Origin: Geosiphon pyriformis uo1
Lineage: Eukaryota > Fungi > Glomeromycota
Reading direction: 5' to 3'
NCBI GenBank assembly: GCA_016748015.1
Contig: JAAOMT010000097.1
Span: forward strand, 129,801-193,800
Length of the DNA stretch: 64,000 nucleotides
Within the stretch, counting starts at the first letter, position 1; each line of letters begins with the position of its first letter. The notes beneath the pieces are model-generated. The model made no database searches. It was not told the DNA's origin and saw nothing but the letters and a program-made list of their open reading frames with translations. The position numbers and the translations under genes are program-made. This document shows positions 1 to 14,724 of the stretch, piece after piece.

Positions 1-1061
1 TATGTTATTAAAAATAAATTTAGTTTTAATTAAATATTTTAGAAATTAAGCTGTTAAAATTAATTTAATAAATAAATTATAATTAAGTTTGTTAATATTT
101 TAATTGTTTAAATTTTTGCTTTTGTTAAGAACAAATCTATTTTAATAATAAAATAAAATAAAATTGCTTTTTTTTGGGTTTTTAAATTATGAATTTGGTT
201 AAAATTTCAAGTTTTTTGTAAAATTTTTTTGGTATTATTAAGAATAAACTAGATAATTTATATTTAAATAATAACATAAAAAATAATATTAGTTTTTTTT
301 GAGTAATAATTTATTGGTTTGTTTGTAAATTTTGAAAGACATAACAAAAAAAATACAATTTGGTTAAATAAATTTATCAAAAACAATAGATTTAAATTTT
401 GTTATAAATAAAATAAATATTAAAAGTTTGTTTATAGTATCTAATATAATGTAGTTTTATATTAGTTTAGGTAATTGGTTATACATAAAAAGCACACATA
501 TATAGATTATAATTAGATTATACTTGTTAATATTTAATAATAATATAACTACTTTGTTTTATTGTTTTATTATTAAATTGTAATAATTCTGGTTTTTTTG
601 TCTTTTTAAACAAAATTTATTGGATAATTCATGAAACCAATTCACTATAATGAAAATACATTATAAAGAAAGTACTGCGTATATGTTTTTACAATAAATG
701 TGAATTACACACTTTTTATATATAAGTAATTATCATCTTTGAAAGACCAAAATCTTTAAATACATAAAATTATTTTTAGAAATATAATTTTTATTAAATC
801 CTTTTTTGGATTTTTCAAACCTAGGCGACGATTGAAACGGCCAAAGAAACAAGGAACAATGAAACGACTTACCTTTTTAATCGAGGACAAAAAAGGTAAG
901 TATTTTTATTACTACATAGGGATAATCTAATTGTCACATGATGGCAGTCATATCTAATTTTTTTAAAAATTTTTGGATCGACTCTCGCAAGCCCGGCCTC
1001 TCGTTACTACTAAAATTGTCGTGAGCAGAGTCGAACGGTTTTTGGGAAAAACTTGGGAATC

Positions 1062-4000
1062 ATGGATACCCACGCTGTCTATCAACTATTTAATGCCTCT
1101 TATCACCCTGACCGTAATATACAGAAACAAGCCGAACTACAAATAAAGCAGGCAAGTTGAATTGATTTTTCCATTCAAGTCATTCTGTAATCGTTATTTT
1201 TACAAGATTTCCTCTTGATCAGATCGAAGGCCTTCCTGGTTTCATTTCTGCTCTTTTACAAATAGTTGGGTCTGAAATATCGGAACTTGGTGTGCGGCAA
1301 GCTGGTATGACTAGTTTTAAGCTTCGTACCTTTATCAACAACCAAATCATTTGCGCGAGAAGGTTTTTTACTTGCAGTAAAAATTCTCGTGATCTTTCAA
1401 TCCTTTTTTCAAGCTTAGAAGCAAAATGGAATTTTTGTTCATTCATTTTTTTTTCAAGGTTTGAGGATCAATGGCATCATTTTGCTTTCTGAAACGAAGG
1501 ATATTCCTTAACATATATGATTCCTGAAATGAATTTATTTTTGAGATGAATTAATTTACTCAACCTTTTATATATTCCAAGAATCTTATTTGATATATAT
1601 ATATTTCATTTCTTTCTAGTTGCTATATACCTCAAGAATCGTATTCGAAAAGCATGGCGCATCGATGAAGACATTCCATTATCTGTAGCTGCTCCTATCA
1701 CCGATGAAGATCGAGAAGTTTTCAAAGTCTCAATAATACAAATACTTGTAACCGCGCCAAATGCTGTCAGGTGAATATATGAAAGCTATTTGGATGGATA
1801 CCGTGATTTTCGATTCTAATTTTAAATATTGTTCAGGCTACAATTACTTGACTCTTTGAACAAAGTATTAACCTACGACTATCCGAATCATTGGCCAGAC
1901 TTCATGAATCAGATTCATTCTCTTCTTTCTTCCAATGATACTCGAGTTGTATATGTTGGTCTCCTGTGTCTTCACGAAGTGGTTAAAGTATATCAGTAAG
2001 TAGTACCCGTTGAATTTTTTTCACACAATTATATTTCACCCTTACTAAGCTTTTTTTATTTAGATGGAAGTCTTCTGAATTACGCGAACCTCTTATTGAT
2101 ATTGTAAAAAGTACATTTCCCGCTATTTTACAAATTGGTCAAAATCTTGTCAACGAAAACAGCGTTGATGCAGCAGAAATGCTAAAAACTCTTCTTAAAT
2201 CTTATAGCTCTGTCATTCAAGTAAGTATATTTACTTATTATTTTTTGAAAATTGGAATATTACCCAAAAAGCTATTTAATACTAATTTATTGACAACTAT
2301 TAAGTACGAATTAATACTACCTCTTCAAGATAATTCCTCCTTGATACCTTGGGGAACCTTGTTATTACAAATAGTGGCAAAACCTTTAGCGGATGATTCC
2401 ATGCCGGTCGATTTAGAAGAACGTGAATCTCATCCACTATGGAAAGCAAAAAAGTGGTCATATCGAATTTTAAACCGCTTATTCGGCAGATATGGCAATC
2501 CTGCGCAACTTTCCGGTTCTCCAAATCAATATTTAACTTTCGCAGAAAACTTTATTGAAAATTTTGCTCCTCAAATTCTTCGTGAATATCTGCATCAAAC
2601 AGAATTATGGATTCAAAAGAAGCAATGGCTGAGCAATAAGGTTTTATATTTTTTGTCGGACTTTTATAAAGATGCGTAAGTCTCTTCTTATTAGCATGTA
2701 AGAAATTTATACTTAATCGTGATCTGACTATATATATCTTTTTTAGCATCACTCACAAAATCACGTGGCAAATCTTCAAGTCCCATAGTGCAACAATAGT
2801 TTCTGACTTCATTTTCCCTCAACTATGTTTTTCTGATCAAGATCAAGAGTTGTGGGAGGAGGATCCTGTAGAATATGTCCATAAGAAAGTCGATCCTTTA
2901 GAAGATTTTACATCCCCAGCCATCGTTGCCATTACTTTTCTCATGGACCTGGCTAAATATAGAAAAAAATATACCTTTGCGACAACTCTAAGCCTTATCA
3001 ATAATATTTTAAACACATATCTTGAAGCTCCCCCTGAAGCCAAAAATCCTCGAGCCAAAGACGGGGCGTTGCGTATGATCGGGTGTCTTTCCAATTTGGT
3101 TTTGCACAAAAAATCCAATGTCGGCCATTTGATGGAATCCTTTTTCACCACCCACGTATTTCCTGAATTTCGAAGCGAATATCCATTTTTGAGGGCTAGG
3201 GTAAATTAAGGAGGCCCTGATTTTGTTGCATTGAAAACTTTAGAAACTCATTACGGAGCAAATCATCTTCTTAGGCGTGTGACATGCTTATCAAATTTTC
3301 AGATTTGGATTTTCAAAAGGTGAATCTTGGTATCGCGTTCCAAGGAATCACGGAATGCATGGGAGATTCCGAATTACCTGTTAAAGTTCAGGCTGCCTTG
3401 GCTTTGCAAAGTTTAATTCGTCATGACATAGGTAAATAAGAGTTTTCCATTTTAATCATTTAACACCGTTTTCATGGAAACATTTAAAAACTCGCTATTC
3501 TCTATAACCAATTTAGTCAAAGATGCTTTGATTCCCAACTTGCAAGTTGTGATGCAAGGTGAACTGTTTCTTCGATACCTACTCTTCTTTTTTCGCCATT
3601 GTTCTTTTTAACATATTTACTTTCTTCTTATAGAATTACTTAATCTCACCAATCAGATCGACGTGGATACTCTTGTTACAGTTATGGAGGAGTTTGTGGA
3701 AGTTTTCTCCGAAGAATTAAGTCCTTTCGCTGTCCAGCTTTGCATTCAGATGGTATACTATCCCGTTTTAATATTCTTTAGATTCATGCATGGCAGAACT
3801 TCTTTTTTTGATTTTTGAAAAATACAGCGAGAAACCTTTCTACGGCTCATGCAAGATTTGGAAGAATCACATGCTCACATTACAAAGGAAAACTATTCAA
3901 GCTCGGGAGAGATGGATGAAGTGAGTGATAAAACTATGGCGGCCACGGGTGTGTTGAAGACCATTAGCACTCTTATGCTAAGCTTAGAAACCACACCTGA

Positions 4001-5943
4001 GACATTTGCTGAATTGGAAAAAGCTCTGTTACCTGTCATTACATATACCTTAGAAAATAGCATTATCGGTAAGGGCCATATTTTACTTTTCGATAAGAAC
4101 TTTTTTGTCAAAAACTTAAACCACAACTTTTAATAAAATATTTTTGTAACCATATTAGATCTTTACGATGAAGTTTTCGACATCATTGATAGCTGTACGT
4201 TCTCGACAAAAAATGTTTCACCCATCATGTGGAGTGTTTTTGAACCAATATACAAAACCTTCAAAGATTCTGGTCAAGATTACATTGAGGGTAGGATTGA
4301 GAAATTTGTTTTTAGCTCATGAAATTTTAGAAGCTCAGTTTCCATGCTTTAATTACTAAAGAAGCGCTTATTTATATATTAAGAGATGCTTCCAGCGCTT
4401 GATAATTATATCTCATATGGCAAGGACGTGTTTGTACAAAATCATAACTTACAGGGCATGATTTATGACATGATCGAAACGGTACCTTTTAAATTTCTGA
4501 TCTCTTAAGGAAATGCAGTACAATCCAAATTTTCACGTTAGCCTCATTAATCCTCTTTACAGGTTATGAAAAGTGACAGATTAATTGAAAATGACCGTGT
4601 GTGTGCATGTAAATTAATCGAATCTGTGTTGTTAAATTGCCGTGGTCACGTTGATAAGGTATTTATATGATTTCTATATTCCTATCAGCTCAAATAATCA
4701 TTTATTTCATTTCAGTATATCGAGCCATTTCTTGGATTGGTATTTGGATATTTGGGTCGAATAGAAGAGATTACCAGTTCTGAATTTAAAATTTATTGTA
4801 TCGAGACGGTATATTACAATTCTGTTTTGCTTGCAACTTTTGAATATTTAAAATATCTTCCAAACATTGTTTTACCGCTAAATCTGTTTATCGAATTTTG
4901 AGGTCGTCAACGCTTTATTTTATAACCCAATGCAAACCCTTCGGATTCTCGAAGAACGTGGACTCACTCAAGGATTTTTTACAATTTGGTTTAATAATCT
5001 CGAAAAGTTTTCTCGGGTTCATGACAAAAAGTTGGTGATTGTGGCACTTTGTTCTCTACTTGAAATTCCTCTTGAACAATTGCCACCTACTTTGCAAAAT
5101 GGCTGGCCCCAAATGTTTGACGGAATATTGAATACTTTCAAAACATTGCCTAAAGCTGAAGCAGGTAAGCAGGAGGACATTATATTCTCGGGTTCGAATG
5201 GATTCATAATCTTTTATTATTTGTTGTTTTTAATGACCAATAGCTCGCCAACAAATAAAGAAATTCTACGAAGGCATCGAGAGCGACGACGATACAGGGG
5301 AAGAATCCAAGGAATTTGATTTAAGTCAAGACGATGGAAAAAATATAAATAAAGATGAAGAAGATTATGATGAAGTTGAGGGTAAGACGCCTTACCCTAT
5401 TCCCTATACTGATTTTATTAGAATATTAATCGCTTTATTTTTCTTAAATAGAAATTGACGATGATGAAAATGTCACAGACGAGGATGCTGAATATCTAGA
5501 ATTTCTTGCCAAAGAGGTTTTTTTGGGAATTTGAATATTTATTTGGAATTTATTGTGTCAAAGGCTATAATTCTCCTAACTGCTGTCGAAACAGGCTGCA
5601 AAATACTCACCAGATTCGGATCTGAAAGATGAAGATGAAGATATGGAGGAGGAAGCTTTATTTGAATCTCCTTTGGATGATATAGACGTTTATATTAGAT
5701 TCCAAGAAATATTGTTAGGTATGGATAAGTATTTATTTCCATGAAGATAAAAGACGCAGGAAATATTGAAACTGAAATTTTTTTATTTTAGGCTTACAAC
5801 AACATAACCCAAATTCCTATGCACACCTCACTAAAAATCTCAACCTTGAGAAATCCAATTTCATCTCGACCATTTTTTCAATAGCCGATGAACATCGAAA
5901 GGCTCAACAGGAACTGATAAATCAAGCCAATTTTGAAGACTAA
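1062..5943 (+). CDS. NMD5: Importin-7/8 family karyopherin (Nmd5/Sxm1-like), multi-exon
   Basis: ATG 1062 gives MDTHAVYQLFNASYHPD..KQAELQIKQ/IEGLPGF (IBN_N). Later exons carry HPLWKAKKW, WEEDPVEYVHKKVD, FPEFRSEYPFLRAR and RVHDKKLVIVALC, followed by an acidic tail. TAA at 5941-5943. Confidence 0.9.
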
Positions 5944-7201
5944 CCTTGAACTTGGTTTTTGATTTAAAAACTCTTATATTACTACTTTAATTCTTTTGTT
6001 TATCACACGGTAACAAATTTACAAAAGGCATCTTACCCTATAATGTTTAGTTGGGGAAGAAGCTGGTAAATACAGTGTGATACCAAAAAAATGGATATTT
6101 TTGTTTTTATATAATAAATAATTATTTAAACAAGTTAAATATATTTTTTAATAATAAATAAATAAGATTACTTTTTAAACTCTTCTAATAATCTTCCAAT
6201 AATAGAAAAACCGATTAACAATTTGATTGAACCCCATTTTTATGATAATAATGATTATACACAAAAACCCAAAATATTACTAGTAGTTTTAAACAACATA
6301 TTTTACCAAGCCGTAAAATATACATTGTCAATCGATATACCAAAATTAATAAAAAGTTACTTTTGTATTAAACTTTTACCATTTTTACCAATTTATAATA
6401 CTAATATTAATTATTACCATTACTAAATTCTTATGTATTTTATGATTTTATTACATATTTTATGTTCTGTTTCTTTTTTTTAACAAAAGCAACATTAACA
6501 ATTATATCTTTCTTATCTTGTTTTTTTTAATGTTACAGATGTGTTTTTCTTTTTTTTTCTTTTTATTGCTTAGAAATAAAAACTTATATCTATTGTTTTG
6601 GTATTTAGATTATAATTGTTTACTAATATTGATTTTGTTGTCATTATCTTAACAACACAAAAACCATCATAATACACACATAAAATAATTTATTGTTTAA
6701 TTCTATGGCCAATATAGTTAAAAATATTATTATAATTAACACAAATCTTAATTATTAACAGTAAAAAAAAACAAACAAACAAATAATAAAAAGTATAAAG
6801 TTGAAACAAGTCTTTTTTTTATATTTAAAAGAAGCAAAAAGTAGAAAGAATAATAATTTTATATTATATTTATTATTATAGAATTATATATAATATAATA
6901 ATAAAAAACTATGTTTTAAACAAAAAAAAAGCCATAAACATTTTTAGAATTTGTTAAAAAAACACATTACAATAATATAGTTTTATATAAAAAAAATTAT
7001 TTAAGTTTAAAAATTTGTTATTTGTTAAAACATTAAAGCATAAAAGCTTAAACAATTTACTTAGTATTGTATCTGATTTTAATTATAAAAACAATTATAA
7101 TAAAAAATTATAATTTAAGAGCAAAACTGCAAAAATATTTTGTTGTTTTATAAACATAAATTTTATTTATAGAAGCAATTATTTAATAATTAATTTAGTT
7201 A

Positions 7202-7927
7202 TTTTTTTTTTTTTTTTTTTACATTTTAACAAGTGAAATCCAAATGCTACCTAGTACTATACATCATGTAAATGATCTAAACTAAGTACGAATTATGTAT
7301 TTTTTACATGTGACCAGTCACTCAAGCTGATCAAAACAACACTAGACACCTATATGAACAGAAACCATATCATCTACACCAGAAAAAAACAGACAAGATT
7401 TACAAAACCCAAAGCTAATACCAAAGGTATCAGTAATACCTAATAACTTAACCACACCAGCCGAAAGTAACTTAGAGGGGCCTATAACAGAAAAAGGGAG
7501 AGAACCATCATGCAGAATTAAACTATTTCTCTTCATAAGAGACCTGTGTTTGGCATGAACCAGCCAAACCTTCTCCCAAAAAGCAAGACAAAATTTACAC
7601 ACAAAATTCATGACGGTCAGAGCTGTCACTTTGGAATTCTTAAAAACAGTAACTGATTCATAGTATCAATTATTAAAAACAAAATTTTTACACAGAGCCA
7701 TGCCAATTGCAGTACCAGAAACACAATTTGACAACAACTGTGAGACACATGAAAAAGAATGAGAAAAACCAGTGTGAGTCTCCCAAGCAGATACATGAAC
7801 ATCAACCAACTGAGTGCAGACAGAAGCATCAGATGGGCAAGAAAACACATGGTCAGAGATCTCAATATCATCACAATAAAGACATATTATGTTGGGATAG
7901 CACCTATCATACAAACATTTGTGCACA
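7202..7927 (-). mobile_element. 5'-truncated LINE copy (3' end of ORF2, 3' UTR, poly(A) tail)
   Basis: Poly-T 7202-7220. The 3' UTR is homologous to 8123-8245. Peptides CLYCDDIEISDHVFSC and FCLAFWEKVWLVHAKHR parallel the larger copy. Confidence 0.9.
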
Positions 7928-8245
7928 TTTAGTTATAAATATAAAAATAATAAAATAATAAAATAAATAATTATAAATTTAACCAATAACTATAAAAGTT
8001 TTAAAAACAAATACTTGATTTTTAATATTAAAATTCCAAACAAAAAAAAACAAAAAAAACAATAAAATTTGGTTTTTAACAATTAATATTAATATTATTC
8101 TATTTTTTTTTTTTTTTTTTTTTACATTTTTAACAAATGAGGTCCAAACGTGACCTAGTGCTATACATCATACAAATGATCTAAATTAAATGCGAATCAT
8201 GCGCTTTCTATACGTGACCAGCCACTTGGGCCAGTCAGAACTACA

Positions 8246-11200
8246 CTATACATCTATATGCACAAAAACTGGATCTCCAATATCTGAAAAAAATGGACAA
8301 AACTTACAAAGCCTGAAACCAACTCCAAAAGCCTCAGCCACCCCCAGCAATCTGATCACACCAGCCGAAAACACCATAGGCAAACCAGAAACTGAAGCAG
8401 GAGCAGAGCCATCACGCGGAATCAAACTGTGCTTTTCCATAAACGCTCGGTGTCTGGCCCGAACTAACCAAACATCATCCCGAAATGCTAGACAAAACTC
8501 ACACACAAAGCTCACAATCCTCTTAGCACCCTCCTTAGAATCTTTAAAGACCGAGACAGACTCACAAAACCATTCATCGAAAACAAAGCCCTTACACAGA
8601 GCAACACCAACTCCAACCTCAGAAACACAAGAAGCCAAGGCCTGTAAGACACATGAAGAAGAGCGAGAAAGACCAGAAAGAGCCTCTTAAGCTGAAGCAT
8701 GTGTGCCTAACAAACGAGCATGGCCAATGGCATTCTGAGGACACGAAAAGACATGATCCGAGGTCTTAATGTCACCACAAAACAGACAGACCACACTGGA
8801 GTATCTCCTATTATATAAACGCTTGTGCACAGCAACAGAAAGCCGATGATGAAGAGCCTTCATAAAGTAAGTATGACAGCCTGCCATGCGCATACTGGTA
8901 AAACTAGATGCCAAGTGAGAATCAGGGTGCCACACTATAGAAGACTTAGACCAATTGATATCAGCATACAAACTAACATCCACAACACGAGAACCCACTC
9001 CAATCTCCCAACGAGCTCAATGAACTAACTGGAAAACATCACGAACAAAGTGTCTAGAATTACCAGAAACTGCCGTACTATCAGCACATAGAAAATGTTC
9101 ACTGACTAAATGAGGTAGGTGCCAAGCAGAGAGAGCAGCACTTTTGGCAAGCGCATCAGCATGTTCATTGCCTGAGACACCTGAATGATCTTTCACCTTA
9201 ACCCAATTCACATCCAAATTCTTTTGATGAATGATGGTGGCAATGTGACAATGCTCGATCCAACAGTGGTTCCTGAAATCCAGACAAACCAGCAAAGACT
9301 TTGACCTACATGCATCCAAAGCAGTCTGGCTATTTGAGAACAAGTCAATCAAACGAGAAAAAAGAACACACTCAAGGGCCAAAGCTATGGCTTGCAGTTC
9401 TGTTAGAGTAGAAGAAACCAAACCAGACACCCCAACACCCAAACCCAAGTTAATGTCCTCAAAAAAAATGGCAGCACCTGCTCTCATGTCAACAGTGCCC
9501 AGACCAGAAAGAGATCCATCTGTATACAGAGAAAAGCGGGCAGCATCAATGGTCGGCAAAGTGTCATGAATCACACCAAAATCATGAGAAAGACAAACAT
9601 CAGACACAGCATGACCATCCACCAAAGAAGAACTTGAGGAGAGAGGCACAATGCTACCAAGAAAGCGAACAGAAAGTTTAAACCAGAAAGGGACTGGACC
9701 ATGAGAGTCCAGCCTCTTCTAACACTTGAAAGTCCCCCAACTGAAAACATCACCATTATGGTCATGAAGCTGTTTCACAAAAGCAATTCCATAACGCCTA
9801 AGCGAAGAGATGCACTTGAAAAAACAGGATTCACCAAGAACCAAAGACATAGGAGTACTATACTGACGACGAAAAGCACAAGCTAGAGGGCCACCCAAAG
9901 ACAAATCACACCCAGAAAAAATGCAAATCACACCCGCCAAAAAATTATCCGAGGGACTGATACCAACACGAACCGGAAACAACAAGGGATGACGAGGATG
10001 CCAGCTGAGAACCTGGAGGTCATAAAACTTATAAGAAAACAAGTAACCCAAGACACCAGTAGAATTTGCAAAAGCAATAACGGAGGCCGATTTACTCTCA
10101 GCCTGGATCTGTTCGAAAGTTTTTAAATTGTACAAAGAGGGGTGATGAAGTGCATTACTGGGAAAATCATGTGGCAATCCAGACTTGGACTTTAAGACCT
10201 TGCATACTAAAGCATCCCATTTACTACAAACACCAACAGAAACAAAACTGAACTGAGTCCTGTAGCTGATGATAGGGAAAAGAACTGCAGACACCAAATA
10301 TGCACACTGTTTGTCTGAAATCACTTTTCTCAAAACAAAATTCACAAAAAACTGTACATCAGCTTGAGGTTTAGCCAAGCTAGGCTTTAAAAGACTCTTA
10401 AAAGACAAAAAAATACCCAAATAGTGATGAGATTCCCCTCTCTTGGCAATGGAAATAAGCGCATCACTGATAGTTAAATAAGGATCCAGCACCTGGCAAT
10501 TGATGGAGATGGTCACCGTTTTGTCATTGTTTACAGAAATATTGTTAAATCTAAAAAACTCATTAACAACATCAAGAATGCATTGTGTAGCAGCCTGGCT
10601 GCTACCAACCCAAATAGTATCATCAACAAAAGTGCCAGCAGCAAGAAATGAAGACAGCCCAGCTTGAGGATCCATCTGGCCAGTTCTTGATATGAAATGA
10701 GAATTCAACCTGTAGCTATACACACTATCCTGTCTCTTGACCTTACACAAAAGTGAATCATAAAAAATACGTCAGAGAAGAGGTGAAAAAACTTCTCCCT
10801 GATCCAGCCCATCATGGACACAATACCCATCAGTCAAGCCAAAGTCAGTCATCACTCTGTTGACGCGACCATTGTGAATACTGCCAAAAAATCTAATAAA
10901 CCTGTCACACATTTTGATCCTGACTAGACTCCTCCTAAGATGTTTCCAACCAACTGAGTCATAAGCCTTGCGCATGTCCTGTAAAACCAGCCAAAGTTCA
11001 CGGTTCTTTTCCAAGGCATCCTCAACCACAGAACCGATAGCAAAAATGGGAGATTACATTGTCGTACCCTTCAAAACTGAAAAATTGTCCCTACGAAGAA
11101 CATTAAAAGTGCTGCAAGCCAGAGAGATTCTATCTGAAAAGATCTTGGAGAGAATCTTGCAGGCCATTTTAATTAAAGCTATAGGATGGGTGTTTGTGAG

Positions 11201-12934
11201 AACTCCCTCCCATTCATATGGTTTAGGAATCATCGAAACCCAAGCTTCTCTCCAAGGCCCAGGGACCGACTCGCCAACCAAACAGAAATTCAAGAACACC
11301 AAAAGCATATCCAAAACAGATTTGTCACAATGTTTCCATAATTTGTTGGAGATACCAGAAAGACCAGCCGCTTTTCCATCAAAAAAATCCTTGACAACAG
11401 CTGACAACTCATCAAAACTAATCAAACACATGACATCAGAGAAAGCACCATCAAACACGTAATCCAGAGGCCGATATTGACAAACCCAATCCTCAGACAA
11501 GTCAGACACCACCTCACGTTTTCTGGTCCATCCCTCCATAATTTTGTCCACCTTAGACTTAACCAAAACAGGCTCTAAAATCAACTCATCTTCTACAACC
11601 AAATGATCCAGGACCACCTTGCGAAAAGGATGCTCCAAAACACTCCTAATGGTGTGACCCTTGTTCAGCTCAAAACTCTCTATCCTCTTACCAATAGCCT
11701 GCTTGATTGAGGATTCTTCGGCGTGCTTGGATTCCACTAATTTGAATGAGTGGTATGATTTTCTTGCTTTGGCCAGCGCAGAACGAATAAGATCAAAATT
11801 AGAATCTGAAAGAAACAGAGACTTAACCACTGATGCACCAGGGGAGTTGAATCTGTGCCACACCTCCAACAAAGAAGCAAAACCATCACTAGAAGCCAAA
11901 TACGAAGTCTTGACCAACTTAGAAACCAGCAGCTCCAGCTTGTGAAACCTAGAAAAAGTCTTGGTAAACACACCATCAAAACCTTTGAACCATTTTTTCT
12001 TAAATGTACCACCTGCTGAAAGAACCATAATCTTGCGAAAAATGTCCCACATAGTATCCATATCTGAAAATCTTACTGCCACACCAAAAGCATCTGAGAA
12101 CATAGAAACATTAGCAGCTGAGGCATCCTTGAACTCCAACCACTTAGCTTTATTGGCACTTTTGACATCAAACTTCCAACGGTCTTTATTCGCTTGCTTG
12201 CAAAGAGAATTCAAATGTGTATCCAAGAGCCTGCCCAAACCCAAATCCACTGAAACAGCTTGATGGTCTGTGTCAAAATGCTCACTGACATTCAAAACTT
12301 CATGACGCACTATTGCATTGACAAGACTTGAGGAGACAAACACGTAATCAATTGTTTTCTTAACACCCCTAAAATTTTCCCAAGTGGGCATTTTTGCAGC
12401 CAGGCTACCAACTAAAGAATTGACCAGACCCAAATCAAAGCATCTTTTGAAACTTGCACTTTTATGAGAGCCGTCTTCATTAAAATCGCCACCGAGAATG
12501 ATGAAAGAAGATTTGTTGACAGCTTTCACAATAAGAGAATTGATTTCACCAGCCTGAGAGAACTGAACCACCGAAGAAGCACCAGCATAAAGCCCCAAAA
12601 TTGACACAGAAAGTTTACCCTTGAAAAGTAATTTAATGGAAAGGAGCCGACCAGGCACCTCAAAAATCTTGCACACATGATGAGCCAAAGAAACGTCCAT
12701 GATAACAGCAACACCCACACCTAAGTGACCAGAGTTCAAACCAGAAGAGAACACTTAGACACCATCAAACTTGTCTGCAATCCATGGACGAACCTTACTT
12801 TTTAATTTCGTTTCAGTAATGATAGAGACCAAATTGTTCATTTCCTTATGCCACCTAATAATGTCCTCTTGCTTAGCGAGATTGTTCATGTCCCTGATAT
12901 TGCACGTAGTAACTTTCCAGACTAAACTGCTCAT
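8246..12934 (-). pseudogene. LINE ORF2 (about 1560 codons: endonuclease, reverse transcriptase, RNase H, zinc finger)
   Basis: ATG at 12934 (MSSLVWKVTTCNIR). All ORF2 fragments down to 8246 share one frame and are separated only by stop codons. Confidence 0.9.
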
Positions 12935-14724
12935 TGAGTGAGGGGTAGAGACACCAAAAGCGCACCTATACTATCCATTTTGGCCAAAAGGCCCAGAACC
13001 GTCTCCATTAGACACTTCATGCTGTCTTCCAGCTTAGACACTAAAGACACATCAAAAGACACCACTCCCGCGACATTCCCACCACTAGTGGACACACCTG
13101 AACCCTCACTCATCACTACATCTGCCCCTTAATCCTGTAATGAAAAAGTTACCAACAGCTGACATCCAGGGCTAGGCTGGGGAACCATTGGCCCAAGTGC
13201 ATCCAACCTCTTAGCCAGCTTACCAACTTGCTCCGCGAGGCTGGCGAGACTGCGCTCAAGAGCAGTGAACCTATCATTGACTTCCATCACAACCGGTTGG
13301 AACGGCTTCATCTCCGAAGAGGAGCCATTATTCACCACAACGTTCTGACCAGAAAGGGGGAGCGAAAAGCACCCGCGAGCAACCTTTGCCCAAGAGAGAC
13401 CACCAAAAGAGACCAGATGGGCAACTGGAGCCAAGTGTTTGGCATAGATGATTGCTAGCCTGCTTTTATCTGTATCCGAAAAAACTCTACACAGCAAACT
13501 ACCAGAAGATAATTTCCTACCAACTGCACAACCCAATGACGTGTGACCCAATTTCTCACACTTGGTGTATTTAGCAGAAATGAGACGAGACCAGTGGAGA
13601 TTGGTGTTCCTGAGTACTGGTGTGGTTTCCACAGCAGCATCCAATGATTCAGCAGAGTCGAAACAAACAACAGCACATCTGGCCTGAGCATACGTAACAG
13701 AATGATGATCAATGACGCATGTTTTCCCACCCACAGATCTAACAAAGTCCCAGATATCATGAGCAGTGGTCCCTATCGGCAATGTGTAAAGCAGTGCTCT
13801 ATGTTGGTCTCTTACATCCCACACTTCCTTGTCTGAATCAGCCCTAGCCATACATACAGCATTTTTCCCGATTAAGATGGACCACTCAGCTGTGACCAAA
13901 TCAGCCTGATCCGATCATTCGAATTCCACCATTGCCTTCTGCCACAGCCCGATTAACTGCATCTTGATTGCCTTAATAACTCCAAATTCAGATAGCGCAG
14001 TGCACACAGCCTCAACCGATGTTCCAATTGGAATTTCTTTCATGACCACAGCCCAATCTGAGTGACCAGCTGATCTTTTAAGATTGGTGTTTACCATAAT
14101 ATTTGCACCAGTAGCCTTTTCAGTGGCTTTCATTAGATCTGATTCGGAAGTGAATGTTGCTCTGATGATCCCTAAGAATTTTGAGAGGGTAGACACCCCC
14201 CCAAAACCATTAATTCCAGAAAATAAACTCCTGATCTTCTTGAGCTTTTCCTGGGCCGAATTTCCTTCTACTGCTTTCAGATCCAAATTCAAAGCAAATG
14301 ACTTTCTAATCGAAACATTGACCAGGTTCTTAAGAGGAGGGGGAAGCACCAGAGGGGCATCCAGAAGAACATCATCATTATCATTGTTATCCAAGAAGTC
14401 GATCTTTCCCAAAGGTTTTCTCAATGCTTTCCTAGTTGTCAACCGCAAACCTTTCGGCATTTGATTCAAATCTCTACCAACGAGTGCACCATCTTCACCA
14501 TAATCGAAACTTGTCTCCTCAACAAGACATTTCTCTTCCATATCAACACTGTCAGATTCTGTGGTATTACCAGTCTTCAAACCCCATGAATGACCACTTT
14601 GCACCTTAGCAGAACCCTCTTCAGCATCAGCATTGTCCTCAAGAACACCACCTCTTCTCTTTTTTCTTGACAGAACAGTCTTGAAACCACCCTCAGAGCC
14701 AGAACTTTTAACCATCTGTTTCAT
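12931..14724 (-). pseudogene. LINE ORF1 (gag-like, RRM-like segments, degenerate CCHC knuckle)
   Basis: ORFs 13915-14724, 13129-13899 and 12931-13116 share one frame and are split by in-frame stops. Knuckle relic YTKCEKLGHTSLGC. Confidence 0.85.

Noticed and set aside
825-941. Exon-like segments upstream of the importin gene
   Set aside because: Splice-like sites are present but there is no start codon or recognisable product. They may be UTR exons or a remnant.
1504-1512. Perfect U12 branch motif TTCCTTAAC in importin intron 2
   Set aside because: The donor is U2-type (GTATGA) and the motif is more than 100 nt from the acceptor, so it is probably chance.
8190-14464. Plus-strand ORFs inside the LINE (e.g. 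8190-8690, 10968-11462, 14084-14464)
   Set aside because: They are antisense shadows of ORF1/ORF2 with no independent motifs.
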